Source: Fistulifera solaris (taxonomy: Eukaryota). Taken from it: a stretch of 64,000 nt of DNA. Both the position numbers and the translations under genes were made by a program. The notes under the pieces were generated by a model, which saw nothing but the letters and a program-made list of their open reading frames with translations, was not told the DNA's origin and did no database searches. Shown one piece after another: positions 11,177-22,838 of this stretch; positions within the stretch are counted from its first letter, which is position 1; every line of letters begins with the position of its first letter. Where the stretch lies: assembly GCA_030295235.1 (NCBI GenBank), contig AP026142.1, positions 124,001-188,000 of the forward strand, written 5' to 3'.

Positions 11177-11716
11177 TTACACGCTGGTAAAAGAACTGGC
11201 CTTAATTTCCATGCCGGCTTCTTTCGCATCGGCCACAATCTTTTTCAACAAATCTTCACTGGATTGCAGTGCCGCCTCGATATTTTTGGTCAGCTGATCC
11301 AGTTCTGCATCATGGGGAATCTCTTTTTCGAGTACCTTTTTCCAACTGCTTGGAAAGGATTCGAGTAATTCGGGTGGCTTGGATTCATTCTCCGTCTTTT
11401 CGTCTGGTAGATCTATTCGTGGTTCGGACGATGTAGATTGGTGATTAATTGTCTTTACATTCGTCATGGGATTCGTACTGGATGAAAACCAAATTCCGCA
11501 AACCAAAATGACTGTCAACAAGACAACTTTTCGAAAGATCGTCAAAACTTCTTCCTTTTCGTCTCGATAATCAGTAAGCCGACTGGCGTTAGCGGGTAAC
11601 ACCCACGTAGATTCTTGGGAAATAGGATCATAATAATATTCGCGTTGTTTCGCTTTGCTATAATAAACACGCCATTCTCGAGGAGTTGTGTGAATGTTGT
11701 TGGCTTGCTCGGTCAT
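11177..11716 (-). CDS. WW domain protein with one transmembrane helix
   Basis: PREWRVYYSKAKQREYYYDPISQESTWVLP is a WW consensus; VVLLTVILVCGIWF is hydrophobic; C-terminal coiled coil. The true start may lie upstream (ORF 11658-11963). Confidence 0.7.
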   Translation of the reverse strand: MTEQANNIHTTPREWRVYYSKAKQREYYYDPISQESTWVLPANASRLTDYRDEKEEVLTIFRKVVLLTVILVCGIWFSSSTNPMTNVKTINHQSTSSEPRIDLPDEKTENESKPPELLESFPSSWKKVLEKEIPHDAELDQLTKNIEAALQSSEDLLKKIVADAKEAGMEIKASSFTSV

Positions 11717-12473
11717 TCTTTCTTTGTCGTTTCGGGAAATGTGCGTGCAACAAATATGATTCTTCAATAAGAGAGCAGCAAGTTCTTTTTACCAGGAAAA
11801 GAAAAGAAACGAAAGTCTCTTTGGGAATGAGAATGATGATAGATTTGTTCGGCCGCTTCTCGACAGCGCTTTTCTTACAAAAGCCTGGCTTGCTCCTGCT
11901 CTTGTCCGAAGGTCGGGATTCGGGATCGATGTCCTCCCCAAACAAGAAAGAAAAAAGATCCAATCACGAATTTTGTGCTGGCCATTAAGGTTACATAATG
12001 TACTTCTTACAAAAAGACATTCGCGATTGATTGTCAGTCCGGAGCAGAAAAAGACTATCGAAAATATAGAAACAGAGCCTAATCCTGCTCGCTGCTAAGT
12101 ATGCAAAACGTTTTCCGTAGTATGAAAGTTGGATACTACAACTATTATGTCGCAGCTCACGCGTGCGGTATTTATGTTAATTTATATAACGAGTAATAAA
12201 AAATGTCTTCTAAATAAATGTACTTGAGTATGGGTTCCGAAGAACATCAAGCGCGCAAGCCCGTGATCAATCGCCGCTCGCCACTTCCTGCGAAACGATC
12301 ACAAAATTGAAAGACAGCATATTATGTTCTTGCATATCGTCCATTTGCACCATAACAGTCAAGGAAAGGAATGAGTGAGCGGTCCAGTCAATTTACTCCT
12401 GTCACCATGAGGAAAGGCATTAGCCCCCCTGCGCGAAAGTCCCTCCAACTTCAATGAGTCACCACTGCAGCAA

Positions 12474-14183
12474 GTGCCGCCGCTCTACCCTCTCCGAATG
12501 GTGGATTCGGAATTGTCCCACACCAAAATTTGCGGCAAGGGAATGATCGACAAGATTTTGGGAAAGCAAGAGAACAGTCGGCAAGTCGTTCTTCCTTTTG
12601 GTGGCTATCATCCTTTCGATGGAGTGGAAGTCCCTGACTCTCCCATCACAGTGTATTCTTCGTACGATGGCAAGGGAGCTGCCGGCGATGCTACACCCGA
12701 AACACCTACCGACGAAAATGCACTCCAGTTCAGTCCGGCGCAAATTCGCTTGTCGGCTGATAAGCATGGCGTGGAAGCGCAGCATACGCCGATCCGATCG
12801 AATGGTTCAATCAAATCGTCTGAAGATCACGGGAGTTACTCGACTCCATCGTCTCGTAAAACTAACAAATCTGGGGGCTCCGCCAAGTCCAAATCGTCGG
12901 AGAAACGAAGAATTTCTTCATTGTTTCGTCGCAAGCCACCCACACCATATCCAAAGTCGGGGCCATTGCCGGTGGTGGTGGAAGTGCCTTCCAACGATTC
13001 CAGTGATTCGCAACCAGAGAACAACCACTTGGAGCTGAAAAGTAGTAGTGACGTGGCTCCATCGACTGCATCCACTCATCCCGTCAATTCCTCGGGCTCC
13101 TCCATTTCATCGGAAACCGACGCAGTCTTACAAGCAATGCGAGATCTCGTGTTGAGGCAACAAGAGGCATTACAGGCGTTGGCAGCAGAAAAGGCAATGT
13201 ATGCGAAAGAATTGGAATTGCAACGAGCTTCTGTAACGACACTACAAACAGTGAACCAAGAACAATCGGAAAAAATCAATCTGCTGGCTAGCACGAATCA
13301 ACAGGTGCAATCCGAGTCGGAATGGTTACGCGAACAAATACAGGCAATTCGACAGGAAGTAATGTCATTACATAAAAGCTCGTCCCAACAGGATTCACAT
13401 GACGAGCATCAACATCCCTCCTCTCGTCACGGTGATACTGCGGCTGACAAAGTCTCCGTAACATTAAGCGGGGACAGTCGCGAAGCTAGAGAAAGCGGTG
13501 ATTTCGACAATACTAAACCTGACATCCCACTGAAAGACAAGTTCAGCTATTCCACAGATAGTGACTCCATGAGCACCTTTCCCATGTGGACGAACGTTGA
13601 AGGCAATACGGATCTGTATCACCGCGAAAAGATGAGCAAAACTACGTCCAACCAACAGCTCTCAATGCAATCCGCTGCTTCGACAACAGGAACCAATTTA
13701 ATCGAAGCACGATCAGCCTGGGACGATGGAGAGCAAATGTTTGCCTCAATCAGCGGCCAGAGTCAACTTATCAACCTCAATGCAGCGTCGACCCAATCAT
13801 TTGATGTCTTCCCATCCAATAATGGCCATACGACTATACTCACACCCAACTGGAAAAATGAAGACACAAAAAAACTGAAACCTGCCTTGAGAGGGACGAA
13901 AATTACGGTTTCGACTGTAGAACCTTCGTCTCATCGGTCTGTCACATTCAACAGTCCACTGAGCGAAACCAATGTATTTCCGCGTTTCTGTGATGAAAAC
14001 GTCGGAGATAAGTCATCTTCTAGCAAGACATCTTCTCGCGAAGAGATTGGGGCCTATCGAAACCGACTGGAAGCACTTCAAGAGCGTAGAGAACAACGAA
14101 AGACGCGACAAACGACGATTCGTTGGGATGAAAAGTTTTTGAAGGAGTCGAGGGAAGACCAGCATAGATTTGGATACTGTTAA
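12474..14183 (+). CDS. Uncharacterised Ser-rich protein with central coiled coil
   Basis: 569-codon ORF with a heptad-rich segment (LQAMRDLVLRQQEALQALAAEK...IRQEVMSL). Start uncertain, possibly near 12408 through a frameshift. Confidence 0.75.
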   Translation: MPPLYPLRMVDSELSHTKICGKGMIDKILGKQENSRQVVLPFGGYHPFDGVEVPDSPITVYSSYDGKGAAGDATPETPTDENALQFSPAQIRLSADKHGVEAQHTPIRSNGSIKSSEDHGSYSTPSSRKTNKSGGSAKSKSSEKRRISSLFRRKPPTPYPKSGPLPVVVEVPSNDSSDSQPENNHLELKSSSDVAPSTASTHPVNSSGSSISSETDAVLQAMRDLVLRQQEALQALAAEKAMYAKELELQRASVTTLQTVNQEQSEKINLLASTNQQVQSESEWLREQIQAIRQEVMSLHKSSSQQDSHDEHQHPSSRHGDTAADKVSVTLSGDSREARESGDFDNTKPDIPLKDKFSYSTDSDSMSTFPMWTNVEGNTDLYHREKMSKTTSNQQLSMQSAASTTGTNLIEARSAWDDGEQMFASISGQSQLINLNAASTQSFDVFPSNNGHTTILTPNWKNEDTKKLKPALRGTKITVSTVEPSSHRSVTFNSPLSETNVFPRFCDENVGDKSSSSKTSSREEIGAYRNRLEALQERREQRKTRQTTIRWDEKFLKESREDQHRFGYC

Positions 14184-14477
14184 GTTAGATAGGATAAAAG
14201 ATGTAGAGCTCGTGTGAAAATTAAAAAGTTGCCTGAACAAAGACACCTTATCTATTTAGTTATTGCAGACGACAACGTTGCATTCCGCTGATTGTTTGAG
14301 TTTATGTCTCATTTGACAAAAACGTATCCCCGCATTCCCTCTTTCTCGTACAAAAGGCTACATTTCTCAAGTAGATGATTGCTCTCGCTAGAGAAGCTTC
14401 GAGATGGAGTTTCTGGAAATTAAATCATACATATTTACTACATCAAGATTATGGACAACTGCTCCGTTTTCTACACA

Positions 14478-15122
14478 TCATTGGCGTTGCTGTGAGAGAA
14501 TGCTTTTCAGTCTGCTCGTAAAGGACAAAACAGACTTCGTTTGTTTGGGTGACAGAGTAGCCGGGTCGGCGGACTTTGCATTCGACTCGGCGAGAAGACG
14601 TTCGGCGAGCTTCTCTCGTCGGATCGGACTCATCAAAAGGTCTTTACCATGACGTCGTTTGGTGCGAATCGATTCAAAGTCATCAACGGTCAAAGGAGGA
14701 TGCTCAATGTGCTTCCAATCCATTGTAATACTGGGCCCACCCGAAGGGTGCACGGTTGCACCCAAAATTCGGGGGTATTCTCGAACAATCACTTGGTCAA
14801 ATAGGACAGAGATCTTTCCGGCGTGTTGCGCGGCAGGATGAGATGATTCGTTCTTGCCTGTGACATCATTTTCGTTCACAACAGCAGGAACGAAGGATTT
14901 ACGCGACTTTCCGTTTGGTTTAGGCTTTAATGAGCTTCGCTTCGCGCAGACAGAGTCGCTTTCAATTGCTTGTAGAAGGTTCTCGGCTTCCTGAACGATA
15001 TCGATAACCCCAGCACGTTGTATTTCCGAGAGATTGGGAAGCCCATTGACAGATCCGACGATGTTTTTCGACAAGCGATAGGACAAACGATCCATATCAA
15101 TGGCAGCAAAGCCATCAATCAC
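14478..15122 (-). CDS. Hypothetical protein with V.F..V.VREY...LG...P.GGP.I...W motif
   Basis: 214-codon ORF containing SVLFDQVIVREYPRILGATVHPSGGPSITMDW...VDDFE..R, a motif recalled from diatom hypothetical proteins. Start codon uncertain. Confidence 0.7.
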   Translation of the reverse strand: MIDGFAAIDMDRLSYRLSKNIVGSVNGLPNLSEIQRAGVIDIVQEAENLLQAIESDSVCAKRSSLKPKPNGKSRKSFVPAVVNENDVTGKNESSHPAAQHAGKISVLFDQVIVREYPRILGATVHPSGGPSITMDWKHIEHPPLTVDDFESIRTKRRHGKDLLMSPIRREKLAERLLAESNAKSADPATLSPKQTKSVLSFTSRLKSILSQQRQ

Positions 15123-16462
15123 TTCAGAACCCTTAGAAAAGAGCTGCGTTGCTCTGTGGCAAACGGAATCATTTCCTTTGTTTTATAAGAAAGAATTGGA
15201 GAAAGGTAGGACTATTTGCTCTTGTAGATCGGTTTCGAAGCGGAGAGATGTGTGGAAAATGGGGAAAGAATGGAAAAGAACGACCAAACCTAGGGAAGCA
15301 AAAACTGTAATAAAGTTTAACTTCTCCTACCTCCTTGCGAAAAAGGAAAAGGCTTGGCGCTTTGGTAGAATTGGCACGTGGCACGGGCCGCCTTCGTTCT
15401 TCCGCTTTGAGAAACGGAAATAGCTGGTCTTGGCATCGTGTCGCAGGTCTTACGAGTCACAAGATGCTACTTTACCAACCAGTGACAACTTCAATCGAAG
15501 AAAGTTCAGTCTTTATGTCGATTACGGAGTACGGAGGGATCTTAAATCGTACTACCTTACGTAGTATTCACATCAAATGACAAATGACTTAAAACTTAAA
15601 GTAAGTGCATTAAAATAAGTGCATGTACTGTAGATCGTAATTTGTGTCTTTGTGCTTTGTGAAGGTTGTAGAAAGTAGGACGCTGTGTCCGAAAGAAGAA
15701 GGGTTTTCCGATCCTCGTTTGCCTACTCCAAACAAATAGTCGTACCACTCGCATGTATTGGCAAGAAAGTAGAATTCACTCTCGAAATGAGGATTCGTTT
15801 TACCAGGTACGTTACCAGTACAGTATGGGGTATGGGTACAAAGTATGGGGTAAGCAGAAAGGATGCTTTTCAAGTCTTTAGTCTTCTTTTGCATCACGTA
15901 TTTTCCGAAACGTTAACGGGTAAACGGAGTCATACATTGAATACTCCCAGAATCACAGAAACCGGAGGGCTAATCAGGATCTAAGTTGGGTAGGCCAACT
16001 CTCGACTCGTCTATTTCTAGACTCTAGATAGCTGGCTGGACCGAGGCCAATAACCAATAACCAATAACCCATGCACACTGCCCATGGCTGTTTTCTAGAG
16101 GTGATCTGGACTTGCAGTCTTGCACTGAGGAAGGGAATCATCAATTGGCCCGTCGCCGCACTAGACAGCCTTGAATAATCTTGGCATCTTCAAGTTTGGG
16201 ATGTGTGCTCTGAAACTGCGATCAAGTCTACTATTCACAAACGAAATGCTGACTCATGATCAAACTCTAGGAAAAACAAGCAAAGGAGATACAAGTAATC
16301 AGCTAGTCTACAGCTTTCTATTAGTTCAACGGGCTCCGCTCCTCTGCTATCATGACTTTGCTAAACCAATGCTAGAAAACGGGATAATGCACCTAGCAAG
16401 TAAGCGACTTCACCAGTTAATGATGAATCAAGGGCAGGCAACTTAAGAATGAAGTTAATGAA

Positions 16463-19400
16463 CTAGAAAAACTTTTTATTTGTAAGGAAACGTTCCGCGG
16501 GGAAAGTGTTTTTTCGCCATCGACTGCGCCTCAATGAACTTGTAAGGTCGGGGGTCACAAGGGTTATCTTTTCGCCTATTTTCAGCTTCATATTGCGTAT
16601 TCTTCCGCATTGGGGTGCTTTGTCAAACAACGATTCACTGTCAGATTCTTCGTCGGGTAAGAAGTCACCTGGGTCGAAAGCATTAGGGCCCACAGATCCG
16701 CTCAAATTGCTCTGAATCGGCGCAAGGCATTTCTTAATGTACCAATCTTGTGTCCATTCCCCAGCTACAGGCATTGGGAAGGAATCAGGACGGCAAATGG
16801 GCTGTGGTATATCTTGATTCTTTTGGACTGGCACCAAAATGCCAAACCAGTTTTTGCAGAACGAGACGCTTTGCTCGTGTAGAAACCGCTGCTTCACGGG
16901 ACGACTCTCCCAAGGAAGAGAATCGCGAGAATCTTGTTCGCTGTGACAAGAGGTGGATGCGTAGAGAGAATTTATGTGAACATCAAGGTATCCGGGATGC
17001 GCCATCGTTCTATCCGCATAAATCTCTTTCCACACGCTTGTTAAAGGATCAATTTTCGTGCGCTTAAGAAAGGAACCACGATGGAAAAACTTGGCTGTTG
17101 CGTGAACGGCATCAATTGCTTTCGGTGGATGAACGTCCGCCATCATAAACTTGCGTGAGTCTGTCCACCCCATGTTTTGCTTATTGCCATACATCGCCAT
17201 GCTTCTTCGAATAATCCACGCGTCCTCCGTCATGTCGAAACTGGAAGCATGTGACGCCGTCACAAACGATAAGGTGTCATTATCATCGTGTGAATAAGAT
17301 TCGGCAATTGATCGCACTGTTTTGCTCGGGTATCCAAAGCGCTTTTTCCTCGCGGTTAGCTGTTCTTTCCAGAATTTCATTATATCTTTGTCGAATGTAG
17401 CCTCCGAATGGTAAGATGTATTCTGGTTGATGTCTGCTATCTGATGATTCGACCTCACCGGGTCGTCGATTGGGAGGCGTGTGTTTAGTCCATCATTCTG
17501 AACAATTTGACGGTCTGATCTCTTTCTAGTCGGCGTTGGGTCAAACTGTTCGGAAAAAGTCCGACTTGGTGGCTTGTCAGCGTAATCAGAGGATGTTGAA
17601 CTGAAATTATCCAGATCATTGACACTGCCAGACATCAATAGATTCGTCGCGAAATTATGCCACCGATTCTGATCGTTACGCCGATAGTCTGACGTGAGAG
17701 CTCCGCAAAGAAGATCTACCTCGATTGCATCTATTCCATCTTCGCCTCCACTTCCTGAATTCACAACGATGTCGACGTAAGCCTGGTTGTCGTCAATATC
17801 GCCATTATCATTATGTTCCTCCACATGTGACATGAACATAAAACTTTTTGTTGCAGCCTCTACCAGACGTGAAACAAACGTATGAAATTCGTGTGGAGCA
17901 GAGCTGGAAAATGACACGGTTCCCTGCGAAGGCACGTGAGACGAACCTGCTTCATCGGAAGGTACGGCTTCTATTTCAATATTTTGACGGCGCTCGTCTA
18001 GTACCAACTGTGCTAAGTTAAGAAACCTGTCCGCGGCGTCAAGAGGCAGTCCTAGTTCATCAGCTTTGCACATGATATTCGACACAGAGGCAGCTCGAGG
18101 CTCTTTATTGGCGACTAATGGATAGCAGAATTGTGCAAAAACTCTTACAGTGGTTTCGTCGTCCAAAGTAGGTTGTTTCAATGATGTGACCAACGTAGTT
18201 AGAGTTCGGACGTCGTTTTTGAATTGTTCTTCTATTTCGACTGGAATAGTCGGTCCTGGCTCGGGGTCGATCAGTATAGGAGATTCGAAAGTGTTCGCTG
18301 TTACGTTGGTTAGGTCATGAACTTCGTATGATTGCTCATGGGATCCAAATGTCTGCGATCCTGCTTCAGATGATTTATCGTGTTTTTCCTTGAGAAAAAT
18401 TTTGTTTTCTGGTACTGTTGGGTCCTTTTTGCCAAGCCTAAAAGGTATTCATCATTTTGAGACTTATCCACAATAAATCCCTTTTCCATGGCTCCGTGAT
18501 TACTTTGTTCGCTGCAAGATTGGTGCATACTTTTACCAGTCCGGTTGCTTTTCAATAGAATTTCAGGGCCACCCATCCTGTCGCGCGGTCGTCCATCACC
18601 AGCTGCGTTATCAGTTCTTACTTGTTCAATACTTTGTAAATTCTCCTTTGAGTCGCCCCCAAGTGCCATCTGCCTTGCCTGCTCACCAGTGGTATCAAAA
18701 ACAAGATCCGAGGATACTTCTGGATCACGACTCGGTTTCAAGCAATCGTTCTCATTTCCTCTTTTCTCCGGCTGGACATGAGCGTCAGCAGCGTTGAAAA
18801 GCGGTCTCAGAGAGTGTTGATTGGGGCGTGATATCGCATTCCGGCCTACAGCCTTGTTTTCGTTCTCTCCCCGTCTAGTTTCTTCGTCATTAGTTTGTAG
18901 CAACTGTTGCGTAGACGTTTCAGGATCTTGGCGGAACTTTGGGTTGTTTTCCGACGAATAATCGTTCTCGTCATCATTGGACCTTACCGAGAGAAAAGTG
19001 GCCGGGGGGTCGGCTGAAGGATTTCTCGGTCGCTGTTGTATGCTTTTCTTATCAAGCATAAGGAAAGAAGGAAAGGCCTCCAGATCAGGCTCAACGCAAT
19101 TCTGTAGAGCTACGCTCAATTTTCCATCACGACGGCGATTTTCTCCGAGAGCGACTTGCTGGTGATTGTCATGGACGGTTGTTTGTGAATTGTCGGGTAC
19201 TCCCTTTGCCGCATTTAGACCATTGGTCTTGGCCAATTGGTCAATATAGGCTTCCAAGGACGCCAACAATCCAGGATTGGCGTTCAACGCCAAACTAGCG
19301 TCCTCCGACAATTGCGTCAGAATATCCTCGTCGATCGTACTCGCGTCGCCTCCTATGGAAGCAGTGGCATCTTCTGCGTCCAACGCTTTGGATGCCAAAG

Positions 19401-20117
19401 CCCTTTGTTGCGTTGTGCTACCAGGTCAATAAATGCACCGATTTTTGACAATGTTTCGGGACTGATTTGCGCCGTCAAATCATCCGATAGAGTGGTGGCG
19501 GTATCGTTGTTGTCGATAATTTTCTCTCGATGGCTCTCCCTACACGCCCTGCCATCTTCATTATTTTGGAACTCGGCTATTTGCGATGACGTTTCGGTAT
19601 CCAGGTCGCTCTCCCAATCATCTGCTATTTTATTCCTAACGCTTCGCTTTTCCAATCCGATATTGTGTCGTTGTGGGTCTTTGGTCGCCAATGTGTAGGA
19701 ATCAATGTAATTCGAGATGGATTTGAGCATATCCGGGTGTTCCTTTTCTAATACAATAGTGCCTGGTAAAGTGCTATTATCATCCTCTTCGTCTGTGCCG
19801 CCAATATGGCTGAGATGGTTTGTTTTCGCAAATACATGAACGTATTTTCCGAGAGACGACAGCGTTTCGTGTCGCAGGTGGGCTTGCACCATCCCATCTT
19901 CCAATTCTTGTGCCAACGGTTCGTCTTCTTTCGAAAGTACCCGAATCAATTTTTCCATGCTCTGAACTGTTTCAATATCAATTTTTCCTAAACTAATCAA
20001 GTCATCATTCGAGTCTGATAGTTCGAACGTTCGTCTTGTGTACAGGTCGTCGACGTAACGCGACAATCGATCGAGCGATTCTGCATCGAGCGGAATGTCC
20101 TCTTCCGCGTAGTCCAT
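16463..20117 (-). CDS. Large acidic uncharacterised protein (about 1200 aa; three ORFs joined by two frameshifts)
   Basis: ORFs 19353-20117, 18310-19398 and 16463-18193 overlap and can be joined at about 19400 and 18400. The third frame is open from about 18400 (IFLKEKHDKSSEAG...LTTLVTSLKQP). The N-terminus has repeated S/TL..L..Y(V/I)D.L helices; the C-terminus is Trp/Arg-rich (LPWESRPVKQRFL...SSLRRSRWRK). Confidence 0.75.
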
Positions 20118-20542
20118 AATTCGGCTCCGGTGAATGTTACGTTCTCAAGGTTTGTAAATGGAATAATAGATTGTTCGGATTGTGTGTGTTAAATTAATAT
20201 GATCACGATAAGAAGAAAAGAAGATGCGTTTGCGTTTCGAAGGGCAAAACAAAGGGAATATTTGGAAAGCCCGTAATTACGCATCGCGCAGCCGTATGTG
20301 TTGATGATCGCCGATTATAATTGACTAAAGGCACATCGTGTCTGCCAAAAAGTGCTTAAGTAAGGCGTCTGTTGATTGTCCGTTGTTATGATCTATGCCC
20401 TAAGTATTCATAAAGAGAATCCTGAAATAAAGGATTCAATACCGGTCTCCTACAGGCGGGGAAAAACCGCAAGCCGCACGCATCTCACAATTCTTTCCCC
20501 ACGCGAGGCGCAACAGTGCTTGTAACCACCATTACAGTATGG

Positions 20543-22081
20543 CTATCTATTACGTTTCTTGGACGGAATAAAGAGTCCACTCGTTTCCTTCACCATCATT
20601 TCATCCGACAAGTCCTCCAAGTCCTCACATTTCTTGGGTGCATCCAAATCCGCCATGCCCCCCAATACGCTCATGTCGTCGTCGTCCAATGCGAACGTAA
20701 AGACTTGTCGCAGTTGTCGTTCCCGCGGTGTACGGACGAGTCCGTCGTCGGGATAGACCAATTGGCACGTAACAATCGTCCCGGATACCTTCTCGAGTTG
20801 TAATATCCAACGGAGTACGATACTTGATATCGACACTGAGTGCTTACGCGCTATCCGATGTAAAGCTGACAGTACTTGAGTTTGGTACATTTTCCACCGT
20901 CCCTGTTGATCCAAGTTGTCGGCAATGGCATCCTCTAAGTCTACGGATGGGACACCTGTTCGTGTGGACGTGCTTTTCATTGCCATCCTGTTTCGCTGAG
21001 CCCATGTTTCGTACACTGTATTCCAAGAATATCGTTCCCTGTACCGGAATTCCCACGATTGCATCACATCGCGTTGTCCACAATATCGGTCCGTCAGCAA
21101 TCCACCCGCCAACGGTGATGCAACAATCAAGGGATGGTCCAGTTTCGTTTGTCGCAGGTGATCGACTTGGTCTTGATATTGGGACATCTCCAACAGATTG
21201 GCGTCGCAGTGCATGGTATCCAACAAAAAGCCATATTCGTCAGCCAGCATCTGCGGCACGGCAGGTAGTTGATGTGCATCAATCGAAGCAATATAGCCTT
21301 CGCGTTGCAGATCCTGCAAACTATCCAAAATATCAAAAAAGTAAGGTGATGACGACGACACTTCTCTCAATTGCAAACAATCAATAACTTCAGCTCCGGT
21401 CCGGTCTAGAATTTCGAAGATTGATTGTCGTATGATACGAGAATGACTGCGTGGTCCAAAATTCATTTGTTGTACGATTTGTGCCACGTTGTAAGGAATG
21501 GTAAAATGACATTGATTCCGACAAAAGGACGGTGTTTCACGGTAAAATTTTCCCAGAATTTCTGTTTCCGCCCATTGTTGCTGTTCGATGGTATGAGTTC
21601 GCAGATGGAAGTTCTGAAAGCCCGATTCGACATAATTCTGAAGAGCTCTGACTACACTGTCTTTCTCGATTCGTTCTTCTTTGAAATGGACCCATAAGGA
21701 CGGAATGTCCAGTGCCACGCCAATCCTACACCGATGTTGGTTGTGCAACGACTGAAAGTACGCACCCTCGGGTAAGGGTCCGTCGTGATCCAATGTGGGT
21801 ACACAGGGAAGTATCGGCGTGGGCTTTTCATGATTCCGAGTCACCGTGCCCCAGAAATCCGACGACAGTACTTCGGGATGATCCGTCGATGACTCTATTC
21901 GGAGCCAATGGCCATTAGATGCATCCGGGGGGACTGCTCGACGTGTCGCAAGCGAAAAGAAAGAATGACTCTGCTGACGAAATTGTTTATGTCGTAAATG
22001 GGTGCCATCATGCACGTGTAGGAAAGCATCGCTGAAAATCAACAATAGTTCGAATAGTAAGAGCCTTACGGATCGAATCAT
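20543..22081 (-). CDS. Aldo/keto reductase-like protein with N-terminal signal peptide (likely plastid)
   Basis: IDCLQL, LQDLQREGYI, ASPLAGGLLTDRY and LHRIARKHSVSISSIVLRWILQ are AKR-fold motifs. N-terminus MIRSVRLLLFELLLIFSDAF. Confidence 0.8.
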   Translation of the reverse strand: MIRSVRLLLFELLLIFSDAFLHVHDGTHLRHKQFRQQSHSFFSLATRRAVPPDASNGHWLRIESSTDHPEVLSSDFWGTVTRNHEKPTPILPCVPTLDHDGPLPEGAYFQSLHNQHRCRIGVALDIPSLWVHFKEERIEKDSVVRALQNYVESGFQNFHLRTHTIEQQQWAETEILGKFYRETPSFCRNQCHFTIPYNVAQIVQQMNFGPRSHSRIIRQSIFEILDRTGAEVIDCLQLREVSSSSPYFFDILDSLQDLQREGYIASIDAHQLPAVPQMLADEYGFLLDTMHCDANLLEMSQYQDQVDHLRQTKLDHPLIVASPLAGGLLTDRYCGQRDVMQSWEFRYRERYSWNTVYETWAQRNRMAMKSTSTRTGVPSVDLEDAIADNLDQQGRWKMYQTQVLSALHRIARKHSVSISSIVLRWILQLEKVSGTIVTCQLVYPDDGLVRTPRERQLRQVFTFALDDDDMSVLGGMADLDAPKKCEDLEDLSDEMMVKETSGLFIPSKKRNR

Positions 22082-22334
22082 GTTTCCGCTTGTCTAAAAA
22101 GGGCATTATGAGATCAGAACATGGGGAATTTTCGCTCTAACTACGCCATGGTCGACGCTAACAAAAGCAAATCATCATGATGTCGAATGAATTCTCGATT
22201 CATTCTCGGCAGCGTTCTTCGTACAACGGACGAACGCTAGATACTGACGTAAGTGTCGTGACTCAATCATTTTAAGGTCATTATTGTGTTTTGTGGTTTC
22301 GGTTCGTGACCACACGTGTTTTTGGTTTTGGTGT

Positions 22335-22379
22335 TACTGGTACGGTAAACGGTACCGGTACCATCTTACCGTACCAGTA
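22335..22379. repeat. GGTAC-rich hairpin/palindrome in a divergent intergenic region
   Basis: Arm tactggtacggtaa (22335-22348) is the exact reverse complement of ttaccgtaccagta (22366-22379). The central ggtaccggtacc (22351-22362) is itself palindromic. Confidence 0.85.
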
Positions 22380-22838
22380 CCGAGGAAAGCAGAAATGACG
22401 GTTCACACTTCCTACAGTCACGAATGCAGAAAAGACAATATGCCTTTGCCATCTGCCCAACGCTAAACCAAGTCGTCTCCAAACGTGCAGCGTGGAAACT
22501 CCCAGTCTCTTTCTAACCTTAAACAGTCAATGAATTATGGCAACCCTTCTTCCTCGTATTTTCCACTTACGAGTAAGGCCGGCCGGCGTCCCGCAGTGAT
22601 GTTATGTGATGTTATGTCTCAACGAGAAGTAGGGATAAATCCTACTCAACTGTGCTTCTTTTGAATTCATCGAGAGACTCCCTCCAATACAAAGTATTTG
22701 TTTTGTTTCATTCCTTTGATTTTAGGTGATCACAAAAACGGCGCATGTGATTGTTGCATTGCTGGAATTGCATGTTACACAGACAAAACAACGAATACTT
22801 ATTCTAAGTTCATTCTTCAATGACTTTACGCTGTTGTC

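Noticed and set aside
15335..16446. Short ORFs in the long intergenic stretch
   Set aside because: No domain, transposase or RNA-gene signature recognised.
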